Assembly (NCBI GenBank): GCA_010015585.1
Contig: ML975169.1
Direction: 5' to 3' (one strand)
Length of the DNA: 64,000 nucleotides
Source: Eremomyces bilateralis CBS 781.70
Taxonomy: Eukaryota
Shown here: one piece after another, positions 1 to 9,406 of the stretch
Layout of the letters: every line of letters starts with the position of its first letter
How positions within the stretch are numbered: the stretch's first letter is position 1
The notes under the pieces: generated by a model
Told to the model about the DNA's origin: nothing
Seen by the model: only the letters and a program-made list of their open reading frames with translations
Database searches by the model: none
Translations under genes and position numbers: made by a program

Positions 1-218
1 CGAAAGAGAAGGACTGGTTGCTCTCTTGGTGGAGGTCTCATTACCATGAGTACCCACGTATGGCTGCAGCTGCCAGAGATTATTTGGCTATACCAGCATC
101 TGGGGTATCAGTCGAAAGACTGTTCAGTGGGGGAAGAGATCTCTTAGGAGTGCGGAGGAGCTCAATGAGTGCAGAGACTATGAGGCGTCTTATGATGCTG
201 CGAGATACATGGAAATAG
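1..218 (+). CDS. hAT transposase, C-terminal dimerisation domain (5'-truncated by window edge)
   Basis: WWRSHYHEYPRMAAAARDYLAIPASGVSVERLFSGGRDLLGVRRSSMSAET matches the hAT dimerisation signature WW...YP.L...A..YLAIPAS...ERLFS. Confidence 0.92.
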   Translation, partial: KEKDWLLSWWRSHYHEYPRMAAAARDYLAIPASGVSVERLFSGGRDLLGVRRSSMSAETMRRLMMLRDTWK

Positions 219-228
219 CTTCAGAGAT

Positions 229-358
229 TTACGAATAATTACGAATAATTACGAATAATGCGAATATTATTCGTACGAATATTAGTAAGCGGAAATTCTA
301 AATTTTATTCGTATTCGACTACGAATATTCGTACGAATATTCGTAATCGAATATTCGT
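229..358. repeat. Subterminal repeats of the hAT element (TACGAATA/TATTCGTA in both orientations)
   Basis: Three near-tandem TACGAATAAT units followed by several CGAATATTCG palindromic copies just inside the terminal repeat. Confidence 0.85.
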
Positions 359-637
359 GTCCAGCCCTAGTGGTGGTTGCCCTCTTGTCTTGCACATGCT
401 GAAATTTATCGGGTAAAATCTTCGAAGATAGAGATGCGAGCCGGATTGTCCTCCCGGCATTTGATGTCGGGAATATGGCGGGGAAGATGGAATGGTTCCA
501 CGACCTGACTGGACATCCTTACGGTCCCTGACGCGTCATATAGTATTATTCACCCTAACTTAATTATCGGTTTGTCTTTTAAGTTAATAAGCCCTTGAAC
601 ACGTAGACAGTCTCCTACCATCTTAAGCATTCTCATC

Positions 638-1731
638 ATGGATCCCAAAGACGTCGAGGTTCCCCCATTGAAAGACCTCACCATTGACAACATCACGGAG
701 AATGTACATGCCATCAACTCAAGATGCGAAGATCCGCGCTTCAAGTATATCCTCGAACGAATTGTCACACATCTACATGATTTTGCAAGGGAGATCAGAC
801 TCAGTTTCAGTGAGTGGGAGGAGGGGATTAAGTTTCTCATCGAAGTTGGGCAGATAAGTTCCGCAACTCGCAATGTATTTCTATGATCTTACTTTCATAA
901 TATCCTTCAGGAGGCTAATGCATGATTAGGAATATATTTTGCTGTCCGACGTGCTAGGACTATCAATCTTGGTCGACAGTATCGACCATCCTAAACCGCC
1001 GGCCTCAACGGATGGCACTGTACTAGGCCCTTTCCATACTCATGATGCAGAACTCGCAGCACACGGTGCCAATATCACCCACGATGCGGATGGCCAACCT
1101 TGCCTTATACTATGCACCGTGAAAGACATGGCCGGCAACCCCATCGAGGACGTGAAGATCGACATTTGGGAGACTGACTCTCACGGGTTCTACGATGTCC
1201 AGCGACCAGGTAGGATAGAGCCGGATGGGCGGGCGGTATTGCAGAGCGCTGCCGACGGGTCGTTTTGGTTCAAAGCGATAGTCCCTGTGCCATATACGAT
1301 ACCGGACGATGGGCCGGTTGGGAAGCTGTTGAAGATCATGAAGCGACATGCATATCGACCAAGCCATATGCATTTCATGTTTGAGAAGCCGGGATATGAC
1401 CATCTCGTCACGTATGGTGTCCTGATAGAGTATGATACGCGTATGCTGACATCTATGTAGGTCTCTATTCCTTCGAGGAGATCCGTACGAGACCTCTGAT
1501 GCTGTATTCGGCGTTAAGGAGTCCTTACTCACCGATCTGGGAACTGTCAATCCTGAACAAGAAAAGACTTACGACGTGAAGGAAGGAAGCAAACTGATCA
1601 AATACGATTTTGTTTTGGTCACTGAGCAGGAGACAAGAGAATTGCGAGAAAAGAATGCAATGCAGGCGATGCAAAATCTAGGGTTACGGATGAAGATCTA
1701 CCATGGTCTGCCCGTTCCTGATGTAGACTAA
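638..1731 (+). CDS. Intradiol ring-cleavage dioxygenase (hydroxyquinol/catechol 1,2-dioxygenase); 3 exons
   Basis: Motifs LHDFARE, EYILLSDVLG, TVLGPFH, DIWETD..GFYDVQ, PVPYTIPDDGPVG, RPSHMHF, DPYETSDAVFGVK. GT-AG introns ~875-929 and ~1412-1460 join the exons in frame to TAA at 1729-1731. Confidence 0.93.
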
Positions 1732-1776
1732 CTTAGGATCTATATTTCAAGCAATGATATTTACCTTATGTCTTTT

Positions 1777-3210
1777 TCAAAGTCTCTCATTGTCCTGACT
1801 TTTGCCCTCGAAATACTTCAACAACGTGTTTCTTTGCGGAGGCGGCCCTTTCGATTTCTTTGGCGTGCCTCCACTCTTCCCCTCTTCCGCCGGCGGTTTC
1901 TCCCCTATCTTCATCGTCTTAATCAACCCCTCAAACACATCCTTATCCACAATCCCCCCACTGGCCTCCTTATGCCCTCGTGCGAAATTCTCCCCCAGCC
2001 TCGTTCTCAACTTCTCGTCATCGGCCTGATTTGCGTATTCCTCCAACAACTCAATCACATTCGGCGGCCGATCCCAGCCGCGCGCAGACTTCGCAACCCG
2101 ACATGAGAAATTCACCTTCCCCTCCAAATACCCGTCGTTGGCCACCATTATGATCTCCAATTTCTTCGCCGCAAGGAATCCTGCCCACCTCGTCGCGATT
2201 ATGGGATGCACTTGGCAAGGAGATCGGATCCGCAACACCGCGACGCGTCCATCCCGGCCGAATTTCGGCGGCGCATGTGTGCAACGTTCCACTTCCAAGC
2301 GAATCTCTTCCCTCGCAGCGCGCAATCTCGAATTCTGAAGGAGCTTCTTCAACCCGGCTACCGGGTCGTCAGTATCGCACGCTTGACGCAAGGCGTCCCA
2401 CGCTGATGACACGTCATACTCTGCGGTTCTGCGCGGGGCGTTCAATGCGGACACCGCCTCGTTGAGGGCTTTCTTCGAGTACCGCTTCAGCGGATCCGCC
2501 ATGTTTGGAAAGGGGGGTTCCCATTTCAGGTTCGTTCCTAGATCGCCGTGAGTGCCAATGATCGCGAGCCAGTCGCACTTGGATTCGACATCACTGTGCA
2601 ACGCTTCGCAGATGAGATAGGTGAGTAATGACGAGGTGGCCACGGGGGGCGAGTCGCAGGCAGTAACGTATGCGGCGCCAGTAGGAAAGTCGGATGGTGT
2701 GGTCTGGTGGTGATCGATGACAAGGGCCGTATGTGGTCTCGAAAGAAGAGGGGGCCCTACACGAGATCCGTGGTCCAAGACGAAGATATAGGATGGCTCA
2801 TAGGCGGCAACTGCTGCTAGTTCCACCTCGCTAAAGACATTATTGCCTTTCGAAAGAAGGTGCACCGAGATTCGATCTTGAGGCAGTCCAAGGAGCACCA
2901 ATGTGGTATATAAGATTGCGCCGGAAGTTAAGCCATCCGCATCCTTGTCAGGGACAAGGAGGGTATTTTGCTTCGAATTTGCGCTGGATTACAATCATCA
3001 GTTCTGCATACGCTCGAGTTCTCAGACATTTAGACGGGAATACCAATCAAGAATGATTTTCTGCGCATGGTGGATTTGCTCTCTTGGCGCCGGCCATATA
3101 GCCTGCCCCTTCGCGTCTCGTTGCTGAGGAGTAAGATGGTATGCTGGAATATCATGTTTCAAGCGTTTATTCGATGCATTATCCCGGACAAGAGGCGCCG
3201 ACCGCTTCAT
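1777..3210 (-). CDS. DHH-family phosphoesterase (RecJ-like); 2 exons
   Basis: PDKDADG (motif I), VLDHG, VIDHH, GTHGDLG, NFSCR and RGHKEASGG motifs. The upstream exon starts MKRSAP at 3210, with an intron near 2987-3040. Confidence 0.85.
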
Positions 3211-3705
3211 CTCTAACCGATCTACCATCAACTTCAAGATGGACCTGAATTTACTCCAACTCTGAGTCCGTATCATAACATCCTAGGCTTATACTGGCAA
3301 CGTAAATAGGGGACCGATTTCAACTGGGATTTATTATCTCTCGGTGTAAGAACTCATGACCGTAACATCGTTGTTAGTTACGTCCAAAACATTCACGTAA
3401 GACATGCGATCAGATGAATGTTGAAGACACGATGACGTAGGCTAAGCTTTCACTAAATTAGCGCCCCCGATTGACATGGCTCCAGACTCCTCAGTCCACC
3501 GCTCCGCTTCACTCCCCACTGAACAAGAAACAACGCCGACGACAAGCTAGGATGAGACTCTAGAGATAACTACAGTCATGTTGAACAGGCATTGTACATT
3601 CGAGTAAGCAACTCGTAGCGGCGTGAAACCAAAGATAAATATGCACATGATATAGCTCCACCGCTGCATCTAAGCCAAAAGTAGGGAAATCGGGGTATCA
3701 ATGCA

Positions 3706-6150
3706 TCATTCCTTGGATGGATCATGTACGTCTTCGGATTCTGCGTCCTGAAAACCTCTCGCCTCGGGATCCTCGACCCCATATTCCTGAACTTCGGAAC
3801 CTCGCGTCTCCATCTCCTCGACGAGCTGTCTCCCTCCGCCCTCGACCATGAGCCGGATGGTCTCATCCGTCACGGCAACCCCTTCCTTATCCATCGCATT
3901 TAGCGTATCGGCTGCGTACTTGAGATTGCCGCTGATGACGTAGGACGAGGCCAGGGTATTCCACGTCGTGACGTTAGGGCTGATCCCATGCTTCCCCATC
4001 AACATGAGAATCCGCGACGTGGCCTCGAAGTGGCGATGCTTCATGAAGGCGCGGAGGAGGATGTTGTAGGTGAAAACGTCGGGCTCGTACGGGCGGGGGC
4101 GCTTTTTCATGGGCCTGTCCACGTGATCCGGGATGACCAGCATCTGCCGCAGCTTCTGGTCGGACGCGAGTGGGGATGGCTCGCTGGGATCGTCAACACC
4201 CGCGATCCACGAATGGGCCTGCTCGCGGCCACCGCGCCGTCGACGGGTCATATCGGCGAGGATCTCGAGGCAGAGGTGCACAGTTTCCTGGCGGCGTCCA
4301 AAGGCGAACAGGAACAGGTTGTAGAGGGATGACCTATCCAATACCGAGGAGAAGATCTTGCTGTCTAAGCACAGGCTCTTGAAGCGGTTGTAGAGCGGGA
4401 CCAGTTCCCGAGGCGAGGCCATGAATGGTTTGCGAGACATGTACGCGTGAAGAACCGTCTTGATCGCATTGGTGGTGGGGAATATCAGCGACCCGTGGCG
4501 CGGAATGGTGTCCGGATCGGTCGAATCCTCATACACCCCCAGCTCATGTAGAATCTGGTCATCAAACATGGAGCCGTAGGTTTGCAGTGTCCCTTCGAGA
4601 GACACTTTGTGGCCCTCGGATTTGGAATATAAATAGAACGCCCGGAGGATATGGTCGGCCAGCCCTGGCGTCGCGTGGTTCCTTTGCATCTGGATCGCAT
4701 GGTCAAGGATGGCGTGTTTCAGTTCATGATCTGTGGTCCTCTGAAGACCGTACAGCATGGTCGCAACGGTGTAATGGTCGGGTTTGATGCCGACCTGGTA
4801 GTAGAGATCGAACAGCGTCTTGGCGGTCTCGATATCGCGTGCGCGAAACGCGTTGTAGAGGAGAACGTTGTAGTGGATGACGTTGAGCTGCAGGCCGAGA
4901 TCGACCATTTCCGCTACTAATCGGGTGTTCTGTTGGTATCCATCGGCTTGCTTCATGCTCTTATGTAGAATCGTGGTGCAGACTTTTTCGATCACTGTTT
5001 TTCTTTGCCCCCATTTTGGCATTCCGGCTGCAATGCGTAGAACACCCATAGCATCGTTGTACCGGCCGATTCGACCAAAGGCCGTGACCAGATGCATGAG
5101 CGTCTCGAAATGAAGAGACGCCACACCCCCCGCCCGCGATATCACGCCGACGAGTTGTTGTAATTGAGCCTCGTCGCTGTGTGTGAAAAGGATATAGTAC
5201 ACCTTCGCATCGATGTAATACCATTTGGTCGACCAGGCAGAGAACACCTCCATCACCACGGAGAAGACATTGGAAGGAAGTTTCTGCTCGTAGTTGGGAT
5301 ACTGTTCGAAGGCCGACGTCAGGATAGCCTTGAGCGCATCGGAGATAGGGTTGAAACTCCCGGTGACCGGCATGCATCGCATACCGACCAGGGCCTCCAG
5401 TGCAACCCGAGGGTCGTTCATAAGAAGTTGGAGCATAGTATTCGGCCACATGTGATACCTGTGAGCGGCAGGAACTTCGAGCCATGCGTCGGAAATGCCA
5501 CGGCGGTCGTGTCCACGGCTGAGGAGGTGCTCGACCCACATCGCAGTGTCGGGAGCCAGGGAGATCTGATGGAAATTCTCGTTCAAAAGAGTGGATGGAA
5601 CTCTTCCGGGGGGGGAATAAACGGTCGGGGCGCTGGAATCTGGAGCGGCATGCTCTTTCGCAGCTGGATCGGGGAACAGATCCTTCTCCACACTCGGAGT
5701 CCATGCCACGACCTTTTGATCGGCTGATGTTTCCGACATCGGCTGCGACGGCTCGGTTCTGATCGGCCCGTATATTCGAGGGAAGTTCTGGAGCCACACG
5801 TCGCAGTCGATCGCGATCTGCTCCCATTCACAGGCGTCATCACGTTGCGGTTCGCCATCTTGAATCAGGACCGATGGCTCGCTACGCTGGCGACCCCCCC
5901 ACAAATGCTCTCCGATCCCCGTCCGCAAAATGGGCGTGTATGTAGTCGTAGATTCTCGGTCGTGATCCGATGGCGACGGCGGGTCATCTTCCCGCGCGTC
6001 GACCGCGTCCGCGGTCCGCGGTTTCGGCCCTTGTTGGAAGCTGCGGATATGCGAACGTCGGAGATGGAGGTCCGCCCACCCGGGACCGCGGGGAGATCCT
6101 CGGAGCAAGGGTCGCCATGAAGTCACCCGTATCATACGACTTCGTAGCAT
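3706..6150 (-). CDS. Pentatricopeptide repeat (PPR) protein, probably mitochondrial
   Basis: PPR motifs LNVIHYNVLLYNAFR, GIKPDHYTVATML, PDVFTYNILLRAF, GISPNVTTWNTL; Arg-rich N-terminus resembling a presequence. Confidence 0.88.
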   Translation of the reverse strand: MLRSRMIRVTSWRPLLRGSPRGPGWADLHLRRSHIRSFQQGPKPRTADAVDAREDDPPSPSDHDRESTTTYTPILRTGIGEHLWGGRQRSEPSVLIQDGEPQRDDACEWEQIAIDCDVWLQNFPRIYGPIRTEPSQPMSETSADQKVVAWTPSVEKDLFPDPAAKEHAAPDSSAPTVYSPPGRVPSTLLNENFHQISLAPDTAMWVEHLLSRGHDRRGISDAWLEVPAAHRYHMWPNTMLQLLMNDPRVALEALVGMRCMPVTGSFNPISDALKAILTSAFEQYPNYEQKLPSNVFSVVMEVFSAWSTKWYYIDAKVYYILFTHSDEAQLQQLVGVISRAGGVASLHFETLMHLVTAFGRIGRYNDAMGVLRIAAGMPKWGQRKTVIEKVCTTILHKSMKQADGYQQNTRLVAEMVDLGLQLNVIHYNVLLYNAFRARDIETAKTLFDLYYQVGIKPDHYTVATMLYGLQRTTDHELKHAILDHAIQMQRNHATPGLADHILRAFYLYSKSEGHKVSLEGTLQTYGSMFDDQILHELGVYEDSTDPDTIPRHGSLIFPTTNAIKTVLHAYMSRKPFMASPRELVPLYNRFKSLCLDSKIFSSVLDRSSLYNLFLFAFGRRQETVHLCLEILADMTRRRRGGREQAHSWIAGVDDPSEPSPLASDQKLRQMLVIPDHVDRPMKKRPRPYEPDVFTYNILLRAFMKHRHFEATSRILMLMGKHGISPNVTTWNTLASSYVISGNLKYAADTLNAMDKEGVAVTDETIRLMVEGGGRQLVEEMETRGSEVQEYGVEDPEARGFQDAESEDVHDPSKE

Positions 6151-6557
6151 TAATGGGACGGGAGATGTCGTTCATCGGGGCAGCGGTTGGGGAGGATATG
6201 CATCGGGGGTCGTCGGCGGTGGCGCGTGGGCTCGTGGAGGTTCATCGGAAATGATCCATGGTTATCGTGATGGGAGGAAATGGCAATGCTAGGTTCGTCG
6301 CTACGATGGACGGTAAGAAATAATAAAATGGATCAATGGAAGGGGGCGTGTTGAGGATGAGATTTGCAATACTGCGAGTCGACGACTTTAGCAGAAATTT
6401 GCGCATTGACCACATGAGACCTCGAATTCCCCTGCAGCCAACAAATGTCCACGATATCAATATATCATCCTCGAGCTGTCGGGTAACAAAATACTTAATA
6501 CCATCCATCCCACCCGAACGAAACACTTAATATCATCTATCCCATCCAACCGCCGTC

Positions 6558-7178
6558 ATGCCCTCCAACGCCTCCCTAAAAGCCGCCGCCGACGAGCGCA
6601 AAGCCCGCCTCGCCCAACTCAAGTCCCTCAAACGCAAACAACCCCCCACCGACGACGATACCTCCACCCAACCACCTGCAAAATCCCCCCGACCTTCCAC
6701 CTCCCCACCCCCTACCGTCACCACCACCTACCTCTCAGGCCGCAACTACGACGCCTCCGCGCGCGGCCCGAAACTCGGCTTCGAACACGACCCGTCGGCC
6801 GCGCACGCGACGCTCGAGCAGAAAGCGTCAGCGCTTGCGGAAGAAGCACGGGCAGAGGCGGCGCGGGAGGCAGCGAGCGCGGAGAAGGCGTTGGATTTGT
6901 TTACATTACGGCCGCGGAAACCGAATGCGGATTTGAAACGGGAGTTGGATCGGAAGATGGAGGTGTTGGATGTGCGAACGGAGAATGCGGTGGCGAGGTT
7001 AATACGGGAGAGGATGGAGGAGGGGAGGAAGAAGGGGGGGAAGAAGGGGGAGATGGAGTTGGCGGGGGGGGCGTTGGATGGGGTGGGGCTAGTGGAGGCG
7101 ATGCATGTGAGGGAGAGGGAAGAGCGGGAGGATGAGAGGAGGGAGAAGGAGTTGGACGATATGGATGATGCTGGATAG
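6558..7178 (+). CDS. cwf18: Pre-mRNA splicing factor Cwf18 (CCDC12 family)
   Basis: AAADERKARLAQLKSLKRKQ, YLSGRNYD and LDLFTLRPRKPNADLKRELDRKMEVL..RTENAVARLIRER are Cwf18-like motifs. Confidence 0.88.
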   Translation: MPSNASLKAAADERKARLAQLKSLKRKQPPTDDDTSTQPPAKSPRPSTSPPPTVTTTYLSGRNYDASARGPKLGFEHDPSAAHATLEQKASALAEEARAEAAREAASAEKALDLFTLRPRKPNADLKRELDRKMEVLDVRTENAVARLIRERMEEGRKKGGKKGEMELAGGALDGVGLVEAMHVREREEREDERREKELDDMDDAG

Positions 7179-7407
7179 TGTCCCGAATGTCCGGTTGGCA
7201 GGAAAGCATGGTCATCTCACGCAAAAACGCGTAGCCTTGATGTTTGGCGGAGGAATAAGGCCCGAAGGGGGTATCTCGATAAAGAAATGCTATCTACGCC
7301 CATTGTCGGCGTCTGAATGCCGAACGTGCAGCTGCCAATTTGCCGCCCACGATCTAAATATGTCTTTTGAAGCCTCAGAAATTCCCATGCAAACACCTAA
7401 CCAACAA

Positions 7408-8382
7408 TTAGTGCATTCCCCCGCGATTCATCGCCTGCGTTAGAGCAATCCGCCGACTGTACGGACTGAGGCTCCTTTCCTTCGGCGGAGGAGGTCTCGT
7501 GCCCTCTGGCTGTACCTGTCTTCCTGCTGGCTTATGGTACCGTTCCGGTGAATGCGCCTTATTGGTGCGTCGGACAGGACTTCTGGATAGACTCTCATCT
7601 CTTCGATCCCGCTCGGGCGCTTTCGGCCGGTGTCTCCCTCTCGACGCCGACCTCCGTCTGCGACTGTTACCCCTACTTCGCGAGCTGGAGCGGCGCCAAC
7701 TCCGGCGCTCCGAGTCACGCGACCTGCTTCGTCGTCGGCCACGGGAGTGCGGGCTGGTCGATGCGCGTCGTCGGCGTGTATTCCGGTCGTCGTGATGGGA
7801 CGACGGCGCAAGATCGTCGTCGGACGACATATGACCCGACGAGGAGCCACGTCTCCGTTTTCGATGCATGCGGTCGACGGAGGGGAACTTCGAGGGCCGC
7901 TGGGAGGTCATGTAATCGTCGGAGTCATGGCGGTTCGGCGAATGTGTCGGGGATCGAGATCGCGATTGGTTGGTGGAAATGGTGGAGACGGACGTCGCGG
8001 AGGATACGGACGGCGACCGCGATCGACGCTTTTCTTTGTGTGACTGTGGGCTACGAGATCGGTGTCGCGCTCTCTCCAACGCCTTCTGTGCAAGCTGTTC
8101 ATCCGCAACACCCTTCCTAAACCGCTATTAGTCATGGACGAGGCATCGATGATGGGAGGGCACATACTGCCGGAGACGCTCATTCGGCACGTCGCTCGAC
8201 AGCTTCGGGAGCAATTTCGGGTTCTGCAGTTGCTGAGTTCGCGATGGACGCGCTATGTACGGCCGATCGGCTGCCGATATGGTGCATTCATAGCTGTAAT
8301 GGCCGCGCTTCAGACATTTCTGGCATACGGTAGAGGGGGGAGCTTTCGATCTCGCGAACTGCGGTTGGCGGAATCGGTTCAT
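7408..8382 (-). CDS. Zinc-knuckle (CCHC) RS-rich protein, SREK1IP1-like; 2 exons
   Basis: CQKCLKRGHYSYEC and RPYIARPSRTQQL in exon 1. An intron near 8117-8168 joins to KGVADEQLA, the RS-rich tail and ERSLSPYSRRIALTQAMN. Confidence 0.85.
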
Positions 8383-9406
8383 TCAGTCGACTGTCGGCCA
8401 CCCCAGTAGGATTGACCTTAATCCCACGCGATCACGCTGGATGTTTGTTTGTTCAACGCCCACGGAGACCTGGTGACGATGGAGCCTCTGAGGCAGCTGC
8501 CAAGTGGGAACGAAGGGATAGGGAGATGGAGTGGTGGTTTGGATTGAAGGATGGGGTTGGGAAACAAGCCGTGGGTTAAATTGGACTGGCAAAACGAAGA
8601 GGGAGTCTTTATTCGGAGTGCACAAAGAAAGCGAAGTATTGTATATACTCAGTTCTGGCATTCAGATATTTACCACGTTCGAACTTCGAGGACTCCGACC
8701 AAAGACTGGGAGCATCAAGATGGAACCTTAACGTGATCAGTCAGCAAAGTGAGCAATCACGTGCGGAAAGGAGGGGAGTGGGAGTCACGTGCCGTTTGGA
8801 AGACGTCAATGAGGCCGGGAAAACTTTAATCCGAAGCTGTCACTGCCTCAGCGCCTGAGGCTCTTTTTCTCTCTCGCAGCGACTCTCCCTCCATCAGAAT
8901 CACAGACCATTGAAGTGTCTCGTAATTCCGTTCCACGAATTCCTATTCACCCCGATCCCTCTCACTGTGAGTCGGTGACCCAGACCTGTCAGACGGTTTG
9001 CCCGAATCATTTCTGTCCATTGTACAGTGAATCTGTTGAGTGGCTTTTGGCGTTGACCTTGGGACGGTACCGACCAGACACGCCCTGAGAGTGATCAGAC
9101 CCTTCACCCAACCAACCCTCCGAATTTCCTACGATTTGCACTCCAATGTTCTCTTTTTAAAAGTGCCTCGATAACCTCCGATCGGTCTATGACGGGATTT
9201 GCTTTCAAGATGTGCGGTGCTATGGATTTCGCTTTCATTTCCGTCGAGCTGCCTTTCGCTTGAGCTTCCGTTGCCGGTGCCCCCAAACTTCACCCTTTCA
9301 CTCCTTCCTCGTTTGCGGACCACTGCCAGATCTTGTCAGAGCTCTTTGACAGCATTAACATAGCGGTGTCCCCGAGATTCGATTACTTCGCTGGAAGCGT
9401 TCAAGA

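Larger units (their letters stand above)
1..369 (+). mobile_element. 3' end of a hAT-superfamily DNA transposon
   Basis: Transposase C-terminal ORF, then ACGAATA-rich subterminal repeats (~230-358), ending CCAGCCCTA at 361-369. The reverse complement TAGGGCTGG fits a hAT TAG-start terminal inverted repeat. The left end lies outside the window. Confidence 0.85.

Noticed and set aside
638..1731. Intradiol dioxygenase as part of the catabolic cluster
   Set aside because: It is over 40 kb away, separated by housekeeping genes, and lacks the (CCGG)n tract.
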